Source of the DNA: an uncultured Candidatus Saccharibacteria bacterium | Lineage (GTDB): Bacteria > Patescibacteriota > UBA1384 > UBA12157 > JAENIV01 | Direction: 5' to 3' | Assembly (NCBI GenBank): GCA_964433905.1 | Contig: CAYSSM010000001.1 | Span: 60,246-124,245, forward strand | Length of the DNA: 64,000 nt | Made by a program: the position numbers and the translations under genes | Notes under the pieces: model-generated | The model's input: the letters and a program-made list of their open reading frames with translations, nothing else | Database searches by the model: none | What the model was told of the DNA's origin: nothing | Part shown: positions 9,535-18,400 of the stretch, one piece after another | Numbering within the stretch: position 1 is the stretch's first letter | How the letters are laid out: each line of letters begins with the position of its first letter

Positions 9535-9977
9535 TGAATAGGCATCTTTCGAGAGTTATTATTATGCAGACTTTATACGAATGGGACTTTCGACCAGATT
9601 CTGATATTTCAGAAATAAAACAAAGAAACATAGATAACTATCAAGAAGATGCTGATAACAAATTCATTGACAATACTATCAACGGTATTATCAAAAATCA
9701 AAAGACGATCGATGACGAAATTACAAAAGCAGCCCCGGAATGGCCGTTAGAGCAAATTTCTTCAATCGATAAAACAATTTTACGGATCGCCATTTTTGAA
9801 TTATTAAAATCCGATGAAGTTCCACCCAAAGTAGCTATTAATGAAGCGGTAGAATTAGGAAAAACTTTTGGCGGTCAGAACTCTTCCAAATTTATTAATG
9901 GGGTTTTAGGAACTGTTTATCGTAGCTCATCAAAATATAATCCCAAAGACGACAAAAAGGAGAATAAGGATGAGTAA
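9534..9977 (+). CDS. nusB: Transcription antitermination factor NusB.
   Basis: RHLSRVIIMQTLYEWDF and KVAINEAVELGKTFGG..SKFINGVLG are NusB motifs. There is an ATGA overlap with rpmF. Confidence 0.8.
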   Translation: MNRHLSRVIIMQTLYEWDFRPDSDISEIKQRNIDNYQEDADNKFIDNTINGIIKNQKTIDDEITKAAPEWPLEQISSIDKTILRIAIFELLKSDEVPPKVAINEAVELGKTFGGQNSSKFINGVLGTVYRSSSKYNPKDDKKENKDE

Positions 9978-10674
9978 CATTGAAGAATTTGCTAAAAAAA
10001 TAAATATTACATTTAATAATGGAGATCTCTTAAGGCAAGTTTTCGTTCACAGATCATATTTGAACGAAAATATTGGTTTTGATCTGGATCATAATGAAAG
10101 ATTGGAATTTTTGGGAGATGCAGTTTTAGAATTAATCGTTACAGAATATTTATATCAAAATTTTGACAATCCGGAGGGTGAACTAACAAATTTAAGATCA
10201 GCTCTCGTTAAGGGTTCCATGCTTTCTAATATCGCGCAAGAACTTGAAATTGACAAATTTTTATATTTATCCAAAGGTGAGGCAAAATCCGAAGGTAAAT
10301 CAAAACAATTAATCATGGCAAACGCTTTCGAGGCACTAATTGGAGCGATTTATCTTGATCAGGGTTATGAAGTCACATCGGAATTTATTAAGAAGAATAT
10401 TATTAAACATCTAAAAAAAATTATGGATCAAAAGCTGTATCTTGATCCTAAAAGTCATTTACAGGAATTAGCACAAGATCAACTTTCGGTTACGCCAAAC
10501 TATCAAGTATTGGGTGAGCATGGACCCGATCATGCCAAAAGTTTCACGGTTGGATGTTTTATTTCCAAAAAATTAATTGGAGAAGGTTCTGGCAGCTCTA
10601 AACAAACTGCCGAAAGCGCCGCTGCTTCATCGGCTTTAGAACATTGGACGGAAGCTAAGTCACAAGACTTTTAA
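9970..10674 (+). CDS. rnc: Ribonuclease III.
   Basis: RNase III signature ERLEFLGDAVLEL and a C-terminal dsRBD. Confidence 0.9.
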   Translation: MSNIEEFAKKINITFNNGDLLRQVFVHRSYLNENIGFDLDHNERLEFLGDAVLELIVTEYLYQNFDNPEGELTNLRSALVKGSMLSNIAQELEIDKFLYLSKGEAKSEGKSKQLIMANAFEALIGAIYLDQGYEVTSEFIKKNIIKHLKKIMDQKLYLDPKSHLQELAQDQLSVTPNYQVLGEHGPDHAKSFTVGCFISKKLIGEGSGSSKQTAESAAASSALEHWTEAKSQDF

Positions 10675-11378
10675 ACGACATAGGTTCTTAATTGTTTATA
10701 GATTTCATTCGCCTTATTGCGATAATGATCTTTTCGACGAAATTCCCATGGCATAATGGGATCTTTTTTTAATATGAGAGCATATTGGAAGATTAATTTT
10801 TTAGCGCTATATTTAGGATTTGTATCTTTATTAATATTTTTTAATATTCTTTCCGCGGATAAATTGAAAAGCTTGTATTCATCTTCTAGTTCGGGTAAAT
10901 TCCATGATTTTTGGATAATAGTATTATCGATACCATTAGTTCTACTTACTTCAAAAAACTTAATTTTATTTTGTAATTTAAGACGATTTTTAATTTCTTC
11001 GATCTCACTTTTAATGTCATTCGGCGATATCCATACACTTGCTTGCAAAAGCCCCATTCCCATTTTAGTTAAAGCTCGTCTTAAGCGATCTCTAACATCA
11101 CGGTTGACTTCCGGTATGTCAAAGATTACCAATCGCCATTTACCATCCCACTTGCCAGTTTCTTTTAAAGGCTTCAAGATCTTATCGAATTCTCGTTCCC
11201 CTTTTTCGGTTATTTTGTAATAGAATTCATCTTCTTTTTTTATTTTTTCAGCATAAGAGAGATTTTTAAATTTTGCTAATACACCGTTAGCTTTTTTCCC
11301 CCAACGGTTGATTCTGTAAAGTGGCACAACTTTTTCGTCTTCCAATAATATGAAAATTTCTTGCAAAGGTGTTAACAC
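10671..11378 (-). CDS. PaaX-family-like regulator: N-terminal winged HTH plus a Cas2-like middle domain.
   Basis: WDGKWRLVIFDIPEVNRDVRDRLRRALTKMGMGLLQASVWISP matches the PaaX / Cas2-like core, and ..YYKITEKGE is wHTH-like. The call rests on motif recall only. Confidence 0.5.
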   Translation of the reverse strand: MLTPLQEIFILLEDEKVVPLYRINRWGKKANGVLAKFKNLSYAEKIKKEDEFYYKITEKGEREFDKILKPLKETGKWDGKWRLVIFDIPEVNRDVRDRLRRALTKMGMGLLQASVWISPNDIKSEIEEIKNRLKLQNKIKFFEVSRTNGIDNTIIQKSWNLPELEDEYKLFNLSAERILKNINKDTNPKYSAKKLIFQYALILKKDPIMPWEFRRKDHYRNKANEIYKQLRTYVV

Positions 11379-11431
11379 ATTGCTCCTTACTTAGAACTAT
11401 AAAATACCACACTTAGTTGACGGTCGTCAAG

Positions 11432-12373
11432 TTATTTCCAAGTCCAATTATTAAACCCCCATTCCAATAATTTCTTACTTTCTTTGGCTGAAGCAACAAT
11501 CGTATCCTCATTGGTATTTAATATTACCGAAATGATTTTATGATTATCTTTTTCGGCCTGCGCAACTAAACCATGTCCTGCAGCAGGCGTAAAACCAGTT
11601 TTGATTCCGATAGCAAAAGGATAATAATATTGTTCTTCTAAGCGGATCAAGCGATTTGAGTTTTCCAAATTGTGAATTATCTTACCGTCAGTTGAGCTAA
11701 AGCTAATATCAGGTATTCTCACTAATTCACGAAATTGCTTAATTTTCATCGCATAGCTTGATAGAATTGCCAAATCGTAAGCGGTAGAATATCCGCTATC
11801 ATCTAATCCTGCAGGATCTTTGAATTGAGTATTTTTTAGGCCTATTAATGACGATTTTTTATTCATCATTTCTACAAACTTATCTTTTCCGCCAAAATAG
11901 GTCGCTAATGCAAAAGCGGTATCATTGCCAGACTTAATTAATAATCCTTTTAAAAGATTATCTACAGTAATTTTTTCGCCGACTCTTAAACTAATATCGG
12001 AACCTTCAATTGCTATCATCGGATAGGTAATTTCTACAATATCATTTAATTTATCGTTAAAATCCTCTAATACTAAAGTTGCTGTCATTATTTTAGTGGT
12101 TGAAGCGATCGGTACTTGTAAATTCGGTTCTTTTGAAGCTAAAACATAAGAACTGTCAACATCCATTAAAATATATGACTTGGCATATATTTGGAGATCA
12201 TTGGCATTAGAATTCTTCTGTGGGGGCTTTGTGAGGGCAAGCTTAACAGGTTGAATACTTTTTTGAGTACCTAATATCTTTTGGGAATTACTTTTATTTT
12301 CACTGCGATAGAAAATTCCCAATAAGACAATTAGTAAAACTCCACAAATTGCCCAAAGAGTTTTTGAAAGCAT
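11432..12373 (-). CDS. D-alanyl-D-alanine carboxypeptidase (peptidase S11, PBP5-like) with an N-terminal TM/signal anchor.
   Basis: SxxK motif ASTTK and SxN motif KSGNDTAF. N-terminal hydrophobic segment. Confidence 0.75.
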   Translation of the reverse strand: MLSKTLWAICGVLLIVLLGIFYRSENKSNSQKILGTQKSIQPVKLALTKPPQKNSNANDLQIYAKSYILMDVDSSYVLASKEPNLQVPIASTTKIMTATLVLEDFNDKLNDIVEITYPMIAIEGSDISLRVGEKITVDNLLKGLLIKSGNDTAFALATYFGGKDKFVEMMNKKSSLIGLKNTQFKDPAGLDDSGYSTAYDLAILSSYAMKIKQFRELVRIPDISFSSTDGKIIHNLENSNRLIRLEEQYYYPFAIGIKTGFTPAAGHGLVAQAEKDNHKIISVILNTNEDTIVASAKESKKLLEWGFNNWTWK

Positions 12374-12374
12374 T

Positions 12375-13751
12375 TTATTTGCTTATTTTAATATTTAATT
12401 CTTTTAGTTGCGATTCGTCAACATTTGATGGTGCGTTCATAAGTAAATCACGACCATCCCCTGTCTTGGGGAATGCTATTACTTCGCGGATAGATGGTTC
12501 GTTTTGAATAATCATTATCAATCTATCCAAACCCCAAGCTATACCGCCATGAGGAGGCACTCCATATTTGAAAGCTTCAAGCATATGGCCAAACCTATCA
12601 TTAATAGTTTCTTTTTCGTAACCTAATATTTCAAAAACTTTCGACAACACTTCTGTTTTATGACTTCTAATACTGCCGCCACCAATTTCTTCGCCATTTA
12701 ATACTAAATCATATTGGGTTGTTCTAATGCCTTCGATCTCGCCATTTAGTATTTTTTCTTTGTCTTCTGGCATTGGGTCAGAAAATGGGTTGTGGGTAAA
12801 TGTCCATTTTTCTTCTTTGTCTTTTTCAAAAAAAGGAAAATCAATTATCCAGCAAAAGGCGAGTTCATCAGGATTGTTTTTGTTTTTTCGCAAATCAGGC
12901 CGGTCAGTTTGATATTTCGATATAGCATCTTTATAAGTTAAAACAGGAAAAGAACCAGTTTGAATATTTTTTTTAGGGCAAAATTCTTTGATTATTTCTT
13001 TAACTAATACTTCGCTTATTTCCATTACATCTTTTTGTGATACGAAACTCAATTCCATATCTAGTTGAGTATGTTCTGGTTGACGGTCGCCACGCGGATC
13101 TTCATCTCTTAAGCAACGAGCTATCTGAAAATATTTTTCTACACCAGAAACCATCAATAACTGCTTAAATTGCTGGGGAGACTGTGGCAAAGCATAAAAT
13201 TTTCCCGCATGAAGCCGGGAAGGAACTAAATAATCTCTAGCGCCTTCAGGTGTACTTTTTGTTAAAAGTGGTGTTTCAATTTCCAAAAAATCTTCGCTAA
13301 TTAACCTATCTCGGATGAATTTAATAATATCAGATCTAATCTTTAAATTATTTTTCATTCGGTCTGATCTTAAGTCTAAATAGCGGTATTTCATTCTTAA
13401 ATCTTCGGATATTTTAGAAGTATCGTTAATTTCAAAAGGCGGTGTAATACTTTCAGCTAAAATCTCCAAATTTTTTGCTTGAATTTCCACCTTTCCAGAA
13501 AGAATTTTAGGGTTTACCAACCCTTCAGGCCGTTTTTTAACGGTTCCAAATACTTTTATGACATCTTCAGCACTAAGTTTTGAGGCAGTTTCATAAGTTT
13601 TATCATCAAAAACTATTTGAGTAATACCCCATCTGTCGCGCAAATCAATAAAAATTATTTTGCCATGATCCCGACGGGCTGAAACCCACCCAAACAATGT
13701 AACTTCCTTGTCTAATTGTTGTTCAACTTCTTTTGATAAAACTCTTTCCAT
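12375..13751 (-). CDS. aspS: Aspartyl-tRNA synthetase, short form (458 aa) without the bacterial GAD insertion; possibly non-discriminating.
   Basis: N-terminal OB fold VTLFGWVSARRDHGKIIFIDLRDRWG. QSPQQFKQLLM and FQIARCLRDEDPRGDRQPEHTQLDMELSF are class II motifs. Motif 3 is GGIAWGLDRL. Confidence 0.75.
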   Translation of the reverse strand: MERVLSKEVEQQLDKEVTLFGWVSARRDHGKIIFIDLRDRWGITQIVFDDKTYETASKLSAEDVIKVFGTVKKRPEGLVNPKILSGKVEIQAKNLEILAESITPPFEINDTSKISEDLRMKYRYLDLRSDRMKNNLKIRSDIIKFIRDRLISEDFLEIETPLLTKSTPEGARDYLVPSRLHAGKFYALPQSPQQFKQLLMVSGVEKYFQIARCLRDEDPRGDRQPEHTQLDMELSFVSQKDVMEISEVLVKEIIKEFCPKKNIQTGSFPVLTYKDAISKYQTDRPDLRKNKNNPDELAFCWIIDFPFFEKDKEEKWTFTHNPFSDPMPEDKEKILNGEIEGIRTTQYDLVLNGEEIGGGSIRSHKTEVLSKVFEILGYEKETINDRFGHMLEAFKYGVPPHGGIAWGLDRLIMIIQNEPSIREVIAFPKTGDGRDLLMNAPSNVDESQLKELNIKISK

Positions 13752-13752
13752 T

Positions 13753-15645
13753 TTAGCTCCTCAATTTTGCATTGAATTTATCTTCAATCTTTTTAATAAT
13801 ATTTTCAATGATTTTATTTGCTTTTTGATCGTCAACAGGTTTCTCTAAATCTTGTAGCCAAATATGATAAGCTAGATTTTTTTTGTTTTGACCAAACTTA
13901 TCAGAAACGAATTCATCAAATAATTCTACCAATAAAATGACATTGGAGGCTTCTAAGATCGTTTTTTCGACATCTTGTGAGTCTATGGTTGCATCAATTA
14001 TAAATGCCAAATCCCTTATTGTCGGTGCGAATCTGGAGATTGGTCGATATTTATTCTCCGATATTTCTAACGAATAATCGTGGCTATCGATATTAATATC
14101 ACCTATTTTTAATATTAAGTATTTGATAGGCCTTCGTATCTTATAAGCTTCTAAGATATTTTTATCAGCATCATTTATTTTGAAAGGAACATTTAAAATA
14201 TCACAAACTTTTTTTAACATTACATCGCTATTACCACTAGTTAATACTCCCAACTCCCACCATTCTTTATCTTTGCTAAAGACTTTTTCTATTTCAAAAA
14301 TATTTATCTCCGGTGCCCATGGGTTTTTAGCAGCCGCTTTAAGTAAAGGAATAATAAGAGAAGGTCTTAGATACTGAGTTTCTGGAGAAATTGGTTTTTC
14401 AATTTCAGGAACATCATTTTTCGAAAATCCAAACTGTTGTAAACTTTTTTCATCAGTAAACGAATACGAATATATTTCCGTAAAACCGATTTCTTTAAGT
14501 TTGTCTTTAATATATTCACGCTTAATATAGTCTTTATTGGGAGTTGTTTCGGCTGGATCAAAATTACTTTTTCCTAAATTATTATAGCCAAAGATTCTCG
14601 CCACCTCTTCAGCAATATCTTGCCAAATTTTCAAATCAAAGCGGCGATATGTGGGAATGGTGGCAATATTATCATAGCAGGCGATTCCAAACCTATATAA
14701 ATAGTTTTTTATTTCTTGTTCGGAAAAGTTTGTTCCCAACAAACGATTAATTTTAGAAGTCTCAAAAGCAATTTTTATTTCTTTTTCTTTTAAAGAAATA
14801 ATATCAATTAAATCTCCGCATGTTGCCTTACATGTCTCAATAATCAATTCTGCTGCCATATTGACGCCTTGGACAGTTCCTTCGAAATCAACGCCTCTTT
14901 CGTATCGGTAGGAAGCATCAGTCATGTGATTTAGATATTTAGATGCTAATCTAATTAATACCGGGTCAAAGATTGCGCCTTGCAATACTATTGTTTTAGT
15001 TTTTTCGTCAACTTCAGATTTAATACCTCCCATAATACCGGGTAAGTCGTATATTTTTTCACTATCCTCGATAATTATCGCGTTTTCCGGTAAAATTCTA
15101 TTTTTGCCATCAAGCGTTGTAACTTCCTCACCCTTTTTTGAAAGCCTGACATTCATTAAGCCAGCTTTTATTTTATCGTAATCAAAAGCGTGCAAAGGCT
15201 GACCCGTGGCGACCATTACATAGTTGGTAATATCAACGATATTATTTATTGGCCTGAATCCGTAAGATTTCAACCTTTCTTGCATCCATTTTGGGGATTC
15301 TTGAATTTTAATATTGTCAATAATCCTTGCTGTAAATCTCGGACAAATCTTCGGATCTGCTATTTTAATATTTATATTCTTATCTATTTTTCCATTTTTA
15401 ATCTTAACTTTTAACTTTTCACTTTTAACTTTTAACTCATAGAGTGCAGCGACTTCTCTTACCATCCCTAAAATCGAAAGACAGTCTCCCCTATTGGGAG
15501 TAATTTCAAAATCTAAAATAGTATTGTCATCTTGTTTTTTAATCGAATCAACTTCATGACCAAACAAACTTAAATCATCCGCCAGCTCTGCTGGAGATTT
15601 TTTTATGTCAACAAATTCTTTCAACCACTCGTATGATATTCTCAT
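13753..15645 (-). CDS. pheT: Phenylalanyl-tRNA synthetase beta subunit (630 aa).
   Basis: N-terminus MRISYEWLKEFVD.. and B3/4 plus B5 domain-like regions. Adjacent to pheS. Confidence 0.8.
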   Translation of the reverse strand: MRISYEWLKEFVDIKKSPAELADDLSLFGHEVDSIKKQDDNTILDFEITPNRGDCLSILGMVREVAALYELKVKSEKLKVKIKNGKIDKNINIKIADPKICPRFTARIIDNIKIQESPKWMQERLKSYGFRPINNIVDITNYVMVATGQPLHAFDYDKIKAGLMNVRLSKKGEEVTTLDGKNRILPENAIIIEDSEKIYDLPGIMGGIKSEVDEKTKTIVLQGAIFDPVLIRLASKYLNHMTDASYRYERGVDFEGTVQGVNMAAELIIETCKATCGDLIDIISLKEKEIKIAFETSKINRLLGTNFSEQEIKNYLYRFGIACYDNIATIPTYRRFDLKIWQDIAEEVARIFGYNNLGKSNFDPAETTPNKDYIKREYIKDKLKEIGFTEIYSYSFTDEKSLQQFGFSKNDVPEIEKPISPETQYLRPSLIIPLLKAAAKNPWAPEINIFEIEKVFSKDKEWWELGVLTSGNSDVMLKKVCDILNVPFKINDADKNILEAYKIRRPIKYLILKIGDINIDSHDYSLEISENKYRPISRFAPTIRDLAFIIDATIDSQDVEKTILEASNVILLVELFDEFVSDKFGQNKKNLAYHIWLQDLEKPVDDQKANKIIENIIKKIEDKFNAKLRS

Positions 15646-15688
15646 ATTTTGTAATCAAAATTCCGCGCCAAGATTGCCCTTGGCTATT

Positions 15689-16375
15689 TTAAAACTGTTT
15701 TAAAAATCTTAAATCACCGCTGTTTGAAACTCTGATATCATCTAAGCCGAATTTATACATCATATATCTATCAACTCCAGGCCCCCACATTATCCCCTGC
15801 CATTTTTCCGGATTAATGCCGATATTTTTCAAGACTACCGGATGGGCCATACCCGCGCCAAGCATTTCTCGCCATTTACCATTAGGCATTTTTACATCAA
15901 CTTCTAAACCGGGCTCAACGAAGGGAAACAGATGCGGCCTGAATCTAATCTGAATATCATTGCCAAAAAGGGATTTCATGTATCCATCCAATATTCCTAT
16001 TAGGTAATCCATACCGATATTTTTATCAACTGCAATGCCATCAAGTTGGTAAAAATTATAATCATGAGTGGCGTCGGTTGCTTCGTGACGAAAACATCTA
16101 CCAGGAACCACAAGCCTAAAAGGCGGCTTCAAATTATTATCGCCAATTAAATGAGCTTCAGTAGTCGTTGTTTGCGTTCTAAGAAGTCTCTTATCTTTTA
16201 GCCAGAAAGTGTCCTGAACATCGCGCGATGGATGAGTGGCTGGTACATTTAAAGCATCAAAATTCCACCATTCTGAATCAATTTGATCTCCTTCAGCAAT
16301 ACTAAAACCCCGATCGGTAAAATATTTTAATGTTTGTCGCATAAATTGTGTTAAAGGATGTAAATGGCCTTTCAT
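15689..16375 (-). CDS. pheS: Phenylalanyl-tRNA synthetase alpha subunit, catalytic core only (228 aa, lacking the N-terminal coiled-coil).
   Basis: HPLTQ, FRHEATDATH and class II catalytic motifs. It starts at the core domain. Confidence 0.8.
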   Translation of the reverse strand: MKGHLHPLTQFMRQTLKYFTDRGFSIAEGDQIDSEWWNFDALNVPATHPSRDVQDTFWLKDKRLLRTQTTTTEAHLIGDNNLKPPFRLVVPGRCFRHEATDATHDYNFYQLDGIAVDKNIGMDYLIGILDGYMKSLFGNDIQIRFRPHLFPFVEPGLEVDVKMPNGKWREMLGAGMAHPVVLKNIGINPEKWQGIMWGPGVDRYMMYKFGLDDIRVSNSGDLRFLKQF

Positions 16376-16767
16376 CTATAACCTTTTTTAGGACTATAAT
16401 TTTTTGACTTAAAAAAAAGCTCAATCATTAATATTGCAACGACCAACAATGAAGCAACCCACCAGTTTAAAACACGCATTTGCTGTAAAAATAGCAATCC
16501 AACAAAAACTAAAGAGATCAATAAAGATTGTCGTAAAGTTGGTATGAGGTGAGCAAATATTACTTCCCGATTAGTCATCCAGATTCTTAAATAAAATCCA
16601 ATCAGTCCGAAGACTGCCGTCCAAAACAAAAACAAGGTGAAATAAAAAATTAGCAACATCCAGAACGGGCTTTGATATGGATTAACATTGAATAGTATTA
16701 AAGCGACCAACCCGGCTGAAATAAATAAAATAAAATACAAGCTAAAAAGATATAATCTGAGGATCAT
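16372..16767 (-). CDS. Hypothetical small integral membrane protein (about 4 TM).
   Basis: 131-aa hydrophobic ORF with ATGA-type overlaps to both rbfA (upstream) and pheS (downstream). Confidence 0.45.
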   Translation of the reverse strand: MILRLYLFSLYFILFISAGLVALILFNVNPYQSPFWMLLIFYFTLFLFWTAVFGLIGFYLRIWMTNREVIFAHLIPTLRQSLLISLVFVGLLFLQQMRVLNWWVASLLVVAILMIELFFKSKNYSPKKGYR

Positions 16768-17099
16768 TTTTTTGATACCTTTCGTAGAATCTTATCTATT
16801 TTTTCAATATTATCTAAGCCATGATCAATTAAAAAAATTAGCTTAGGGGTGAATTTCATCCTGAATTTTCTGCCTAAAAAATACTGAAAGCCTTTTGAAT
16901 TAGCGTTTAAGATTTTTAAAGCTTCTTTTTCTTTTGATTTATCGAGCAAAGAGATGTAAACTTTTGCTTCTTTAATATTAGCTGTCAGCTCCAATTCTGT
17001 TAAAGTCACAATCCCCATTTCTTCAGGAATGGTCTCTTGTATTAAAATAGAAATCTCTTTCTTAAAAAGAGCCGATAACTTTTCTTGCCTATGCGACAT
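16764..17099 (-). CDS. rbfA: Ribosome-binding factor A.
   Basis: RbfA-like KH domain pattern: ..LSALFKKEISILIQ..VTLTELELTANIKEAKVYIS. Confidence 0.7.
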   Translation of the reverse strand: MSHRQEKLSALFKKEISILIQETIPEEMGIVTLTELELTANIKEAKVYISLLDKSKEKEALKILNANSKGFQYFLGRKFRMKFTPKLIFLIDHGLDNIEKIDKILRKVSKK

Positions 17100-17132
17100 A
17101 TTTATAATTTATCATAAATAAGGTAATAATGC

Positions 17133-17162
17133 AAAAAAACGCTCTTAAAAGAGCGTTTTTTT
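17133..17162. terminator. Bidirectional rho-independent terminator (A-run, hairpin CGCTCTT/AAGAGCG, T-run).
   Basis: AAAAAAACGCTCTTAAAAGAGCGTTTTTTT lies immediately downstream of rpsI on the minus strand. Confidence 0.7.
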
Positions 17163-17180
17163 GCGATACGATATGAATTT

Positions 17181-17576
17181 TTATCTTTTTGCCCACTGTG
17201 GAGCTTTTCTTGCACCTTTGAGGCCCGGTTTTTTGCGTTCTTTCATTCTTGAATCTCTGGTTAAAAAACCTTCGACTTTAAGAGTTTTATGTAGCTCCGG
17301 GTTAAGTTTATCTAAGGCCCGAGCCACAGCCAATCGAATTGCCCCTTCTCGAGAAGTAAGTCCTCCGCCGGATACTTTTACAAAAACATCCAATTTGTCA
17401 TCATTATCGGTTATTTTTAGCGGTTCGGTATAAACCCGGCTAGGATTGGCGATTTCTTTTTCATTAATAAATATTTTCCCCGATCCTTTTGTTAATTTTA
17501 TTCGAGCTACGGCAGTTTTACGTCTTCCTATCGCTGTAATATTTTCCTGTTTAGATTCTGTTTTATTTGGCATCAA
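17181..17576 (-). CDS. rpsI: Ribosomal protein S9.
   Basis: GRRKTAVARIKL and a C-terminal ..GLKGARKAPQWAKR. Confidence 0.9.
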   Translation of the reverse strand: MMPNKTESKQENITAIGRRKTAVARIKLTKGSGKIFINEKEIANPSRVYTEPLKITDNDDKLDVFVKVSGGGLTSREGAIRLAVARALDKLNPELHKTLKVEGFLTRDSRMKERKKPGLKGARKAPQWAKR

Positions 17577-18012
17577 TGTCTCCGTTATAAATAATAAGGT
17601 TTTTAATCCACAATTTTCTTAGTTTATTTTTGGGCAACATTCCCCAAACCGATCGCTTTAATACTTCTGCCGGATTTTTCTTAAACATATCACTTAACTT
17701 TTCTTCTTTTAAATGTCCGATATAACCGGTGTGATGATAATAGATCTTTTGCGATAGTTTATTGCCGGTAAAAACCATTTTTGAAGCGTTATAAACTTTA
17801 ACTTGATCGCCAATATTTAAATAAGGCACAAAATCGGTTTTAAATTTACCACGCAAAAAATTGGCGACTTGAGTTGATAATCGTCCTAATACCACTCCTG
17901 ATGCATCAATTTCGTGAGATATGATTGGATGGTTATTTAGATTTACCGGTTTTTTGCTTTCCGGTTTCGACATTTTTCTTGGAGTCTTTTTTTGTAATTT
18001 TGTCTGGGGCAT
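17563..18012 (-). CDS. rplM: Ribosomal protein L13.
   Basis: L13 family pattern (..YHHTGYIGHLKE..). Confidence 0.85.
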   Translation of the reverse strand: MPQTKLQKKTPRKMSKPESKKPVNLNNHPIISHEIDASGVVLGRLSTQVANFLRGKFKTDFVPYLNIGDQVKVYNASKMVFTGNKLSQKIYYHHTGYIGHLKEEKLSDMFKKNPAEVLKRSVWGMLPKNKLRKLWIKNLIIYNGDIDAK

Positions 18013-18400
18013 TATCTTTATCCTCTATATTACTTTTGTTATCAATTATTGGTGCTTTTAGGATATTTCTCAATCTTAATAAAACCATGTCCGAACCGTC
18101 TCCCAACCTCTTCGTTAACCGATATTCTTCGATAAAACCCGTATTAATGTCCTCATATCGCGGGGATAAAACCTCGAACATTTTTTTGGTCGCATTTTTA
18201 TCAAAGAAATATCCAATCATTGTTCTTCTGGCATTAAGGTCATTTTTCTTAGCCAAAAAGATTAACTTTTCGGCCATTTTTTTTGTTTCTTTAGCCTTGG
18301 CTTTAGTAGTCTTTATTTTTTCATACAAAATTAAAGAAGTTGTTAAATTTCTTATTAAAGATTTTCGGTGATTGTCTGTTCTTGATAAGGAAATTCTCAT
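17933..18400 (-). CDS. rplQ: Ribosomal protein L17.
   Basis: N-terminus MRISLSRTDNHRKSLIRNLTTSLILYEKIKTT. Confidence 0.85.
   Translation of the reverse strand: MRISLSRTDNHRKSLIRNLTTSLILYEKIKTTKAKAKETKKMAEKLIFLAKKNDLNARRTMIGYFFDKNATKKMFEVLSPRYEDINTGFIEEYRLTKRLGDGSDMVLLRLRNILKAPIIDNKSNIEDKDNAPDKITKKDSKKNVETGKQKTGKSK

Noticed and set aside
10756-11220. 154-aa plus-strand ORF.
   Set aside because: It is antisense to the PaaX-like gene and its composition is low-complexity F/L/I/S-rich, typical of AT-rich antisense frames.
15398-15440. Tandem TTTTAACT-like repeat.
   Set aside because: It lies within pheT coding sequence and simply encodes a KVKSEKLKVKIKN stretch, so it is a coding low-complexity repeat.
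17925-18371. 148-aa plus-strand ORF. ORF 17161-17433(+) is antisense to rpsI in the same way.
   Set aside because: It is antisense to rplQ/rplM and hydrophobic, with no motifs.
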